64,000 nucleotides of DNA from an uncultured Solirubrobacterales bacterium (GTDB lineage Bacteria > Actinomycetota > Thermoleophilia > Solirubrobacterales > 70-9). Location of the stretch: the NCBI GenBank assembly GCA_963771265.1, contig CAVYSQ010000002.1, positions 465 to 64,464 of the forward strand, read 5' to 3'. The notes under the pieces were generated by a model. That model was not told where the DNA came from. It saw only the letters and a program-made list of their open reading frames with translations, and searched no databases. Position numbers and translations under genes: made by a program. Of this stretch, positions 11,711-21,380 are shown piece by piece. Every line of letters starts with the position of its first letter. Position 1 is the first letter of the stretch.

Positions 11711-12560
11711 TGGCGGTATGACGCTCTCACGGCCGGCCCGCTGGCTACTCCTGGGAGCCGCCGGCCTCACCCTCGCCTTCCTCTACGTGCCACTGCTGGT
11801 GATCTTCGTCGACGCCTTCAGTACCGCGACCACGCTCGAGTGGCCTCCCCCTGGCCTCACCACCCACTGGTTCGGCGACGCGATCGACAACCCCGGCGCA
11901 CGCGAGGCCCTCTACACCTCACTTAAGGCCGGCGCGGCAGCAACGGCGCTCGCGCTCATCCTCGGGACCCTCGGCTCACTCGCCGTCGCCCGGCACCGCT
12001 TCTTCGGTCGCGAAACGATCTCCTTCCTCGTCGTCCTGCCGATCGCGCTGCCGGGAATCGTCACCGGGATCGCGCTCAACTCGACCTTCACCCAGGTCTT
12101 TGGCATCGACCTCGGCCTCTTCACGATCGTCGTCGGCCACGCCACCTTCTGCATCGTCGTCGTCTACAACAACGTGCTCGCCCGCCTACGCCGAGTCTCG
12201 ACCTCGCTCGAGGAAGCATCGGCGGACCTCGGCGCCCACACCTGGCAGACCTTCCGCCTGGTCACCTTTCCGAATTTGAGAACCGCACTCGTCGCCGGCG
12301 GCCTGCTCGCCTTCGCCCTCTCCTTTGACGAGATCATCGTCACCACCTTCACCGCCGGCAGCGGCGTGCAGACCCTGCCGATCTGGATCTTCACCAACCT
12401 GCAGCGCCCCAACCAGCTGCCGATCGTCAACGTCGTCGCCGTCCTCGTCGTGCTGATCTCGATCATCCCCGTCTACCTGGCCTACCGGCTCACCCGCGAG
12501 GAGGGCGGCCCTTCGACCGGGAGGGGAACCGTCGAGGCCGAGGCGACCGCGGTGCCTTAG
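11703..12560 (+). CDS. ABC transporter permease (PotC-like)
   Basis: ATG overlaps the stop of the upstream permease. EAA-type loop (LEEASADLGAHTWQTFRLVTFP). Six hydrophobic segments. Confidence 0.9.
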   Translation: MSSGGMTLSRPARWLLLGAAGLTLAFLYVPLLVIFVDAFSTATTLEWPPPGLTTHWFGDAIDNPGAREALYTSLKAGAAATALALILGTLGSLAVARHRFFGRETISFLVVLPIALPGIVTGIALNSTFTQVFGIDLGLFTIVVGHATFCIVVVYNNVLARLRRVSTSLEEASADLGAHTWQTFRLVTFPNLRTALVAGGLLAFALSFDEIIVTTFTAGSGVQTLPIWIFTNLQRPNQLPIVNVVAVLVVLISIIPVYLAYRLTREEGGPSTGRGTVEAEATAVP

Positions 12561-13250
12561 CTACTGGCGGGCGAGGCGCTCCGCCTCTTCGCCACCGACG
12601 TAGGGCGACAGGGTTAGCTCGACCAGATCTGGCAGCAGGCTCTCGAGCTGTTCGGTGCGACCGGCGCTGATCTCGCGCACGATCAGCGAGACGATGCCGC
12701 CGACCAGGGTCTCCTCGGTCGCCTCGGGCAGCGGGTGCTCACCACTGTGCTGGGGGCGGCCCGCCTTGAGGATCTCGACCAGTCCCTGCATCGAGGCCCG
12801 GTGGCGAGCGGCGATCTCACCCCCGGCGGCGACCGGCTCGATCATGCAGATGCGCGCCAGCTCCGGCTCGCCGGCGAGGAAGCTCAGCATCGTCGCCAAT
12901 GCCGCGCGGACCTTCTGCGGCCACTCTTCGAAGGACTCGGCCGCGGCCCGCATCGAGGCAGCGATGTGGTCAGCGACCATCTCGTAGGCGGCGAGGAAGC
13001 AGGCTTCCTTGTCGGCGAAGTGCTCGTAGAACGTGCGGCGGGAGACCGAGGCAGCTTTGGTGATGTTGGCAACCGTGGTCGCGTTGTAGCCGCGCTCGGC
13101 GACTGTGTCGACCAGCGCCGTGACGATCCGCTCGCGCTGGTTCTGGACGATGAACTCGCGCGGCAGGCCGTGGCGCCCGGCGGGCAGCCGCGGAGAGTCG
13201 GCCGCCGTGGCCGTCGACTCCTCGCCCTTTTTCCCCTTGCCTTTCGCCAC
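12561..13250 (-). CDS. TetR family transcriptional regulator (paralogue 1)
   Basis: HTH region YNATTVANITKAASVSRRTFYEHFADKEACF, preceded by the LPAGRHGLPREFIVQNQRERI motif. The GTG at 13250 avoids the 29-nt overlap that the track start 13328 would create with the next gene. Confidence 0.8.
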   Translation of the reverse strand: MAKGKGKKGEESTATAADSPRLPAGRHGLPREFIVQNQRERIVTALVDTVAERGYNATTVANITKAASVSRRTFYEHFADKEACFLAAYEMVADHIAASMRAAAESFEEWPQKVRAALATMLSFLAGEPELARICMIEPVAAGGEIAARHRASMQGLVEILKAGRPQHSGEHPLPEATEETLVGGIVSLIVREISAGRTEQLESLLPDLVELTLSPYVGGEEAERLARQ

Positions 13251-13299
13251 GCGCCGACGATACCCCAGACTCTGGAGGTCACGAGGGCTTGCGGTCCTC

Positions 13300-13935
13300 C
13301 TAGCGCAGCGGCTGGACCAGCAACTCATCCTCGGCGGCGCGGGCGCCGAGGTAGGGCATCGTCGCCAAATAGATCAGCTCAGGGAGGAACTCTTCGCCGC
13401 GTTCGATCGAGCCGCTTTCCACCTTGGTCAGGATCGTGCCGTACACCGCGCCGGCGGTGATTTCAGCCGTGCAGCGGGACATCCGCCGCTCACCGTTGAC
13501 CTCGCCCCGGCCGCCGTCGAGAAAATCGGCGATCCGTTGCACGATCCGGTCGCGGCGGGTCTGGGCGCCGCTGCCGGCACCGTTGACGGAGACGACGAGG
13601 AAGCGAGCTCGGGTCGAGTCCTCCTGCAGGTAGCGCGTCGCCGCCACGCCCGCCGCCCAGATCCTGTCGTGCCACGCCTCGCGACCATTGCAGGCGGCGT
13701 CGACCCGCGCGCAGAGTTCCTCCATCACCTGGTCGTGGATGGCGAGAAAGCAGTCTTCGAGGTCGGCGAAGCAGCGATCGAAGTGGCCGCGACCCACCTG
13801 TGCCCGCTCGCAGATCGTCTCTATGTCGACCGCCGCAAAGCCATGATCGGCAACCATCCCGATCATTGCGGCGGCGATCCTCTCCCGCGCCGGATCACGT
13901 CCTCTGCGCGGGCCGCTCACATCGCCCCGGCCCAA
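13300..13935 (-). CDS. TetR-like transcriptional regulator (paralogue 2)
   Basis: RERIAAAMIGMVADHGFAAVDIETICERAQVGRGHFDRCFADLEDCF is a TetR-type N-terminal HTH. The C-terminal ..TMPYLG.. tail is shared with the neighbouring paralogues. Confidence 0.7.
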   Translation of the reverse strand: MGRGDVSGPRRGRDPARERIAAAMIGMVADHGFAAVDIETICERAQVGRGHFDRCFADLEDCFLAIHDQVMEELCARVDAACNGREAWHDRIWAAGVAATRYLQEDSTRARFLVVSVNGAGSGAQTRRDRIVQRIADFLDGGRGEVNGERRMSRCTAEITAGAVYGTILTKVESGSIERGEEFLPELIYLATMPYLGARAAEDELLVQPLR

Positions 13936-13969
13936 CTCCCCGCGCTTGGCTTCGCTCCGCGGCCGCCCA

Positions 13970-14656
13970 CTAAGCCGCAGCCCGGGCCTGGGCCGCCTCC
14001 GCGGCGCGCGCCGCCTCGACCTCCCCGACGTAGGGCGTCAGCGTCACCTGCAGCATCTCCGGCAGCAGGCCCTTGAGATCGTCGACCTGATCGGCGATTA
14101 GCCTCTGGTGGACAAGCCACATCAAGCCGCCCACGATTGCCACCTCCAGCCCGTCCGGCAAACGGCTCGTCCGTGGGTTGAGCTCGCGACCCTCGCGCAG
14201 CTTCGGCGCGACGCCCTCCAGCATCGACTGGTAGCGGGCCAGGGCCTCTCCCCCGGCCGCCTGGCTCTCGACGATGCAGAGCTTGGCCCGTGCCTGCTCG
14301 GCGACGACCATCTCGAGGAAGACCTCGAGGCCGGTGGAGATCTGCTCGACCCAGGGCTGTTCGAGATCGACCAGCTCGACGAAGACCTCGCCCGCTGCCG
14401 CGACACTCTCGTCGAAGGCGGCGAGGAAGCACTCTTCCTTGTTGGCGAAGTGCTCGTAGAAGGTGACCAAGGCGACCCGAGCCGTTTTCGCGATCAGCTC
14501 GATCGTCGTCTTCTGGTAGCCGCGCTCGGCGACAAGCTCGGCGGTCGCCAGCAGCATCCGCTCGCGCTGGTTCTGGGAGACGAAGTCGCGCGGGATCAGA
14601 TGGCGCCCCGGCGGCAGTTTCGAAAGGCGTTCCGAGAGCGAACGCGAGTCGGCCAT
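13970..14656 (-). CDS. TetR family transcriptional regulator (paralogue 3)
   Basis: LPPGRHLIPRDFVSQNQRERMLLATAELVAERGYQKTTIELIAKTARVALVTFYEHFANKEECF, clearly paralogous to 12561..13250. I prefer the start MADSRS (ATG 14656). Confidence 0.8.
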   Translation of the reverse strand: MADSRSLSERLSKLPPGRHLIPRDFVSQNQRERMLLATAELVAERGYQKTTIELIAKTARVALVTFYEHFANKEECFLAAFDESVAAAGEVFVELVDLEQPWVEQISTGLEVFLEMVVAEQARAKLCIVESQAAGGEALARYQSMLEGVAPKLREGRELNPRTSRLPDGLEVAIVGGLMWLVHQRLIADQVDDLKGLLPEMLQVTLTPYVGEVEAARAAEAAQARAAA

Positions 14657-14677
14657 TCCAAGACGGTACCAAAACAT

Positions 14678-14757
14678 ACATCTGATGTCTATTTCCCTTT
14701 TCTACAGAAAACATGGCGTTCTAGGCATCCTTGTTTCTAAAAGCTGCTATACCTAGA
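14678..14757. promoter_or_regulatory. AT-rich divergent promoter/operator region between TetR paralogues 3 and 4
   Basis: Perfect palindrome ACATC-T-GATGT at 14678..14688. Inverted repeat TCTAGGCAT (14720..14728) / ATACCTAGA (14749..14757), 8/9 bp. SD AAGGAG at 14761..14766 precedes ATG 14768. Confidence 0.3.
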
Positions 14758-14767
14758 CAAAAGGAGT

Positions 14768-15472
14768 ATGTTTTCGAATAACGACAGCGGCACCGTCATC
14801 GCATTCCCAGGCTCCCGCGGCAGTCGTCCCCCCCGCGAGCGAATCCTGCAGGCGATGCTCTCCACCAGCGGCGAGCTTGGCTACGACCAGGTCGCCGTCC
14901 GGCACGTGATCGAGCGCGCGCAGACGAGCCGCGCGACCTTCTACAAGCACTTCAAAGACCGCGAGGACTGCTTCGCGCAGGCCTATGCCGACACCGGCGA
15001 GTGGCTCTACCGCCGGCTGATCGCCGCCGCCAAGCGCCAGCCCTCCTGGCGCCAGGGCCTGCGTGCCGCCCTGGCCGAGCTGCTCGAGTTCTGCGCCAAC
15101 CAGCCGGCGACCGCCAAGGCGCTGCTGGTCGAGGTGCATGCAGCCGGCGAGCTCTCGATCGCCCAGCGGCGCGATTTGATGGAGCGCCTCTCCCGTGCAC
15201 TGGACAGCGCACGCCGCGAGATCCCCTCTCGCCAAGCTCCACCTCCTATTACGTCGGACTTCATTGTAGGGGCGATCGACACCCTTTTGGCGGCGAAGTT
15301 GCTGGACGGCGACGCCGAGCGCGCCCCCGAGATGCTTCCAGGACTGCTCCACTTCGTCGCCATGCAGTACTTCGGCGAGGACGCCGCCTGGGAGGAGATG
15401 GCCGCTGCCCCCCTGGCTACTTGGCAGGCGCGCCGCGCGGCGGCCTCCCAAGGCCCGCCGCCACGGCGATGA
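14768..15472 (+). CDS. TetR-like transcriptional regulator (paralogue 4)
   Basis: RERILQAMLSTSGELGYDQVAVRHVIERAQTSRATFYKHFKDREDCF (HTH). Divergent from paralogue 3. Confidence 0.75.
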   Translation: MFSNNDSGTVIAFPGSRGSRPPRERILQAMLSTSGELGYDQVAVRHVIERAQTSRATFYKHFKDREDCFAQAYADTGEWLYRRLIAAAKRQPSWRQGLRAALAELLEFCANQPATAKALLVEVHAAGELSIAQRRDLMERLSRALDSARREIPSRQAPPPITSDFIVGAIDTLLAAKLLDGDAERAPEMLPGLLHFVAMQYFGEDAAWEEMAAAPLATWQARRAAASQGPPPRR

Positions 15473-15505
15473 GCTCGGTGAGCTGAAGCAGGGTCTCCAG
15501 CCGCG

Positions 15506-17074
15506 CTAGAGCGGGATGTTGCCGTGCTTGCGCTTCGGCTGGTCTACCCGCTTGGACTGCAGCATGCGCAGCGCCTTGATTAGCTTGGGGCGGGTTTCCT
15601 TGGGCTCGATCACGTCGTCGATGTAGCCGCGCTCCGCCGCCGAGTAGGGGTTGGCGAAGTGGGCTTTGTAGTCGTCGATCAGCTTCTGGCGGCGCTCGTC
15701 GGGGGTCGGCGAGGAGGCGATGTCCTTGCGGTAGATGATGTTTACCGCACCCTCTGGCCCCATCACCGCGACCTCCGCGGTGGGCCAGGCGACGTTGTAG
15801 TCGGCGAGCATGTGCTTCGAGTTCATCACGTCATAGGCACCGCCATAGGCCTTGCGGGTGACGACCGTGAGCTTTGGCACGGTCGCCTCGGTGAAGGCGT
15901 AGAGCAGCTTGGCGCCGTGGCGGATGATCCCGTTCCACTCCTGATCGGTGCCGGGCAGGAAGCCGGGCACGTCGGTGAAGGTGAGGATCGGGACGTTGTA
16001 GGCGTCGCAGGTGCGGACGAAGCGGGCCGCCTTCTCGGAGGCCTCGATGTCGAGCACGCCGGCGAGGAAGGCCGGCTGGTTGCCGACGATGCCGATCGGG
16101 AAGCCATCGAGGCGGGAGAAGCCACAGACGATGTTCTTGGCGAAGTGCTCGTGGACCTCGAAGAACTCGCCGTCGTCGACGACGCGGGAGATCACCTCGC
16201 GCATGTCGTAGGGCTTGGAGGGATCGTCGGGGACGACCGTTTCGAGCTCGTCGTCTTCCCGCTCGGGATCGTCGTCAGGAGCGAAGCGGGGCGGCGCCTC
16301 GAGGTTGTTGGAAGGCAGGAAGCCGAGCAGGTAACGCACGTCCTCGAGGCAGCTCTCCTCGTCCTCGGCAGCGAAGTGGGCGACGCCCGACTTGCTGTTG
16401 TGGCTCATCGCCCCGCCCAGTTCCTCGAACTCGACTTCCTCGCCGGTCACGGTCTTGATCACTTCGGGACCGGTGATGAACATGTGCGAGGTCTCTTTGA
16501 CCATGAAGATGAAGTCGGTCATCGCCGGCGAGTAGACGGCGCCGCCCGCGCAGGGGCCCATGATCACGCTGATCTGCGGGATCACGCCGGAGCACTGCAC
16601 GTTGCGGACGAAAACGTCGCCGTAGGCGCCGAGCGAGACGACGCCCTCCTGGATGCGAGCACCGCCCGAGTCGTTGATCCCGACCACGGGCGCCCCGACC
16701 TGGGCGGCGAGGTCCATCACCTTGCACATCTTCTCCGCCATCACCTCACCGAGGCTGCCCCCAAACACCGTGAAGTCCTGAGAGAAGACGAAGACCGTAC
16801 GGCCGTCGATCGTGCCGTGGCCGGTGACGACAGCATCGCCCCACGGCCGCTTTTTCTGCATCTCGAAGTCGTAGGTCCGGTGGCGGACGAAGGTGTCGAG
16901 CTCCTCGAAGGAGCCGGGATCGAGCAGCTTCTCGATCCGCTCGCGGGCGGTCAGCTTGCCCTTCGCGTGCTGCTTCTCGACCGCCTCCTCGGAGGCCGAG
17001 TTGACCGCCGCCTCGTGCAGCTCGCGCAGGTAGGCGAGCTTCTCCTCGTGGGTGATCGGATTCTTCTCGCGCAT
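15506..17074 (-). CDS. pccB: acyl-CoA carboxylase carboxyltransferase beta subunit (propionyl-CoA carboxylase / methylmalonyl-CoA carboxyltransferase type)
   Basis: 522 aa. Full-length match to the carboxyltransferase family ([62 protein letters not shown]). Confidence 0.95.
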   Translation of the reverse strand: MREKNPITHEEKLAYLRELHEAAVNSASEEAVEKQHAKGKLTARERIEKLLDPGSFEELDTFVRHRTYDFEMQKKRPWGDAVVTGHGTIDGRTVFVFSQDFTVFGGSLGEVMAEKMCKVMDLAAQVGAPVVGINDSGGARIQEGVVSLGAYGDVFVRNVQCSGVIPQISVIMGPCAGGAVYSPAMTDFIFMVKETSHMFITGPEVIKTVTGEEVEFEELGGAMSHNSKSGVAHFAAEDEESCLEDVRYLLGFLPSNNLEAPPRFAPDDDPEREDDELETVVPDDPSKPYDMREVISRVVDDGEFFEVHEHFAKNIVCGFSRLDGFPIGIVGNQPAFLAGVLDIEASEKAARFVRTCDAYNVPILTFTDVPGFLPGTDQEWNGIIRHGAKLLYAFTEATVPKLTVVTRKAYGGAYDVMNSKHMLADYNVAWPTAEVAVMGPEGAVNIIYRKDIASSPTPDERRQKLIDDYKAHFANPYSAAERGYIDDVIEPKETRPKLIKALRMLQSKRVDQPKRKHGNIPL

Positions 17075-17095
17075 CGCGGCGCGGGAGTCTATTTA

Positions 17096-17259
17096 AGACC
17101 CTGTTCCAAAGACCCCCGCGCGCGTCTGGCGGCGGCGGACACTGCGCGGTGCGGCGTCTTCGGTCGGCCAAATAGCGCTGCTATTCGGCCTCCCTGCATC
17201 CTTGCCCCGCTTGGTCCGGCGCTCGCCAGCCGCACACGCTGGCCTTCGGAACAGGGTCT
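17096..17259. repeat. long concentric palindrome (element B)
   Basis: Terminal arms 17096..17114 AGACCCTGTTCCAAAGACC and 17241..17259 GGCCTTCGGAACAGGGTCT pair 17/19, with the first 12 perfect. Central hairpin 17166..17190 GGCCAAATAGC-GCT-GCTATTCGGCC shares the same centre (about 17178). The intervening arms are partly complementary. Confidence 0.6.
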
Positions 17260-17264
17260 AGAAC

Positions 17265-18002
17265 TCAGAATTCGGCGCAGATCGCGACAGCCTCAACCGC
17301 CCACGATTTCACCTCAGCCGCGATCGCATCGGCAGAAGCGGTCCAGCCCGTGCGCTTGTTCTCCGCGTTTACGAACGGGCTCGATTCGATCACGGCGACG
17401 GTCGTGACTTCGGCTCCCGTAATGCGCGCGCCCCCGCCGGTCACCTGCTTGCCCGTCGGGCATTGGGCGGTGACGGACTTGGGTTTGTCTTCTGCATTCG
17501 AAGGACTAGTTGCGGTCACATAGGAGATGTTCTTGAGCAGCTGCGCATAGAAGCTCGTCGAGAGTTTCGCCGAGGTCACCGCCCCGTCCTGGATCTTGCC
17601 GGTTGCCACCGCGTTGGGGCCGAGCTTCGAGTTGGTGACGGCGCTGTTGAAGAGCTTCGCCTCGGTAACGGCTCCGTTTTTCAGCTTGCCCTCGGTCACG
17701 ACGCCGCCTCCGAGCTGGGCCGAGCGGACCGACCCCCCGGCCAGCGCGGTCGAGCCGACGGCCCCCGGGCCGATCTTGGGCCCGGTCACCGCGCCGTTCT
17801 TCAGCTTTAGGGTCGTAACCGAGCCGTTGCGGAGTTTGAGCGCCGTAACCGAGCCGTTGGCGAGGTTGCGGGTCTTCACCGCTTTGTTGGCGAGCGTCGT
17901 TTTGGCGGCGTAGGCCGCGCCGCTCAAGGCAACGAAGAGGGCGATGCAGGAGATCGCGTTGGCGAAGGTCAGGTGCTTGCTCAGCTGTTTCAAGTCGGTC
18001 AT
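17265..18002 (-). CDS. membrane-anchored/secreted protein with 11 tandem decapeptide repeats (consensus NGAVTxxKLx) and a Cys-containing C-terminal domain
   Basis: N-terminal hydrophobic segment AISCIALFVALSGAAYA. Repeats: NKAVKTRNLA NGSVTALKLR NGSVTTLKLK NGAVTGPKIG PGAVGSTALA GGSVRSAQLG GGVVTEGKLK NGAVTEAKLF NSAVTNSKLG PNAVATGKIQ DGAVTSAKLS. About 90-aa C-terminal domain (..VTAQCPTGKQVTGGG..AVAICAEF). Confidence 0.75.
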   Translation of the reverse strand: MTDLKQLSKHLTFANAISCIALFVALSGAAYAAKTTLANKAVKTRNLANGSVTALKLRNGSVTTLKLKNGAVTGPKIGPGAVGSTALAGGSVRSAQLGGGVVTEGKLKNGAVTEAKLFNSAVTNSKLGPNAVATGKIQDGAVTSAKLSTSFYAQLLKNISYVTATSPSNAEDKPKSVTAQCPTGKQVTGGGARITGAEVTTVAVIESSPFVNAENKRTGWTASADAIAAEVKSWAVEAVAICAEF

Positions 18003-18010
18003 CTCCTTGG

Positions 18011-18220
18011 TTATGCGAAGGGCTGCTTCTGCGGCTCTGCCAGGTGATCCAGAAAGCGCTCTAGATCGGCCACCACAAGGCCGGATCGCTCATCGGCGCG
18101 GATCTCAACCCGGGTGCCAAAGCCTTTCTCGGCCATCGTCACCTCGACGCCCTCGACCTCGGCCAGCAGCTCAGCCAGCTCCGGCTCGGACTTCATCAGC
18201 GTCCTCGATGCCTCGATCAT
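18011..18220 (-). CDS. small hypothetical protein (69 aa)
   Basis: Good G/C third-position bias. It stops 8 nt before the start of the repeat-protein gene. Start uncertain (track 18292; ATG 18220 MIEASRT.. preferred). No family recognised. Confidence 0.4.
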   Translation of the reverse strand: MIEASRTLMKSEPELAELLAEVEGVEVTMAEKGFGTRVEIRADERSGLVVADLERFLDHLAEPQKQPFA

Positions 18221-18312
18221 TGCCGCCCGCTTCAACCGCAGCGACCGGGTTCCTTCCCACGCATGGACGGTTGTAGCCCCTATAGGGGGCACAAGCGTCC
18301 ATCGTTCGCGCC

Positions 18313-19957
18313 CTAAAAGAAGGCGCCGCCCTTGTATTCGCCGAAGACGTCGCGCATCGCGCCGCAGACCTCGCCGATCGAGGCGTCGGCGGCGAGCGCG
18401 GTGCGGATCGGGTGCAGCAGGTTGCCCTCGCCGCGGGCGACGGCCCGGAGCTCGTCGAGCTTTTGCCCGACATCTGCTTGGTCGCGGTTCTCCTTGAAGG
18501 CCTTCAGCCGCGCCAGCTGGCGCTGCTCGGACTCCGGATCGACGCGGAGGATGTCGACGTCATCGACCTGGTCGGTGACGTATTTGTTGACGCCGACGAT
18601 GATGTCCTGGCCGGACTTGTAGCGCTCGTGGTAGGAGTGCGCCGACTCCTCGATCTCCTTCTGCATGAAGTCCAGCGCCTCGACTGAGCCGCCCATCTCC
18701 TGGACCTTGCCGATCAGCTCCCAGGCGCGCAGCTCGATCTCGTCGGTGAGTGACTCAACAAAGTAGGAGCCGGCGAAGGGATCGACGGTCTCGGCGACGC
18801 CGGCCTCGTGGGCGAGCACCTGCTGGGTGCGCAGGGCGATCCGGGCCGAGCGCTCGGTCGGCAGCGCCAGCGCCTCATCGAAGCCGTTGGTATGCAGCGA
18901 CTGGGTGCCGCCGCTGACCGCAGCGAAGCCCTGTAGGGCAACGCGGATGATGTTGACCTCGGGCTGCTGCGCCTGCAGCGTCACGCCGCCGGTCTGCGTG
19001 TGGAAGCGGATCTTCATCGAGTTGGGATCCTTCGCTCCGAACCGCTCCTCGACGATCTTCGCCCACATCCGCCGCAGCTGCGCGGAACTTGGCGACCTCC
19101 TGGAAGACGTTGTTGTGGCAGTTGAAGAAGAAGGCGAGGCGGGTCGCGAACTCGTCGATCTTCAGCCCCCGCTCGAGCGCCGCTTCGACGTAGGCAATCG
19201 CATTGGAGAGCGTGAAGGCGACCTCCTGCACAGCCGAGCAACCCTTCTCGCGGATGTGGTAGCCGGAGATCGAGATCGTGTTCCATTTCGGCACGTTCTC
19301 GCGGCAATACTCGAAGATGTCGGTGGTCAGCCGCATGGTCGGCTCGGGCGGGTAGATGTAGTTGCCGCGCGCCATGTACTCCTTCAGCACGTCGTTCTGA
19401 ACCGTGCCGCGCAGCTTCTGGGAGGGGACGCCCTGCTCCTCGCCGACCAGCTCATAGAGCAGCAGCAGGATCGCCGCCGGGGCGTTGATCGTCATCGAGG
19501 TTGAGACCTGGTCGAGCGGGATCTTCTCGAAGCAGATCCGCATGTCCTCGATCGTGTCGATCGGCACGCCGGTGCGGCCGACCTCGCCGTTGCAGAGCGG
19601 GTCGTCGGAGTCGCGGCCGAGCTGGGTCGGCAGGTCGAAGGCCATCGAGAGGCCGGTCGAGCCGTGCTCGATCAGGTAGCGGTAGCGCTCGTTGGTGTCT
19701 TCGGGGGTGGCGAAGCCGGCGTACTGGCGCATCGTCCAGAGCCGATCGCGGTACATCCTCTCGTGGATGCCGCGCGTGAACGGGGGTGCGCCCGGCTCGC
19801 CCAGCCGCTCCTCAAGCCCAGGGGCGACATCCTCCTCGGTGTAGAGGGGGTCGATCTCGATCCCGGAGTCGGTGAAGACACGCTCGTCATCAGGCCCGAC
19901 GAGGGGCGCGATCGTGGGGCGCTCATCGGCAGCCGCTTTTCCGCTCTCGCTGGCCAT
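18313..19957 (-). pseudogene. methylmalonyl-CoA (acyl-CoA) mutase large subunit, catalytic barrel only (split type), interrupted by a 1-nt frameshift
   Basis: Track ORFs 18875..20029 and 18313..19068 join into one mutase: ..[19 protein letters not shown] | (RR)[28 protein letters not shown].. The frames differ by one extra nt within GCAGCTGCGGCGGATG (19066..19081). Probable start is ATG 19957 (MASESGK). There is no C-terminal B12-binding domain. Confidence 0.85.
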
Positions 19958-20226
19958 CTCCCCGGGAGGATATTGGGGCGCGGTGGAAGGCCGACGGCAG
20001 GCACCGCCGAAACAAGCGACCAAGAACACAGTTGAAGACGATGCAGCGGTGAGGCGCAGCGGACCCTCGATCGCGGATTGGCCCGAGAGCTTCGGCGAGA
20101 GGGCGTCAACGTCACTGCCATCGGTGCCGCAAACGGCCAGGGGGCGGCTGACGCTCGCCCGGATCTCCCGTGAGGCTGCACGCTTCGTAGCGCCTCAGCG
20201 CAACGCCAGCGGCTGTGCGGCGGCGC

Positions 20227-21174
<948 letters not shown>

Positions 21175-21380
21175 CGGCCGCGGATGCTACAGGTGACCCC
21201 CTCGGGGGCGTGTCCGAGCTTTCGGGCCATATGCATTCGAAAACTCCGACAGGCCCCATGGAGATAAACGTCTAAGTTCGCAAATTGCGGCGATTTGACC
21301 CGACCACCCGTCCAGGTGGGGGGAGAACCCGGTCCCGTCCCCAGCTGTACGTGGCATGTTCGGGCGAGGGAGCTAAACCG

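Noticed and set aside
19066-19081. Programmed +1 ribosomal frameshift in the mutase.
   Set aside because: There is no slippery or hungry-codon/stop context (GCA GCU GCG GCG) and no upstream SD-like stimulator. The zero frame continues for 64 codons. A simple 1-nt insertion or sequencing error is more parsimonious.
19958-20226. Possible cobalamin riboswitch in the 269-nt leader of the B12-dependent mutase.
   Set aside because: Read on the minus strand, I find no B12 box (..GCCACUG..) or the GGGAA..GGUG..AAxUCC core, only generic GC hairpins. Rfam RF00174 would settle it, but nothing in the sequence supports the call.
21175-21380. ECF-type autoregulatory promoter (GGAAC-N16/17-CGTC) upstream of the sigma fusion.
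   Set aside because: The only candidate (GAAAAC .. CGTCTA) has about 24-nt spacing, which is too long. I cannot support a promoter call from sequence alone.
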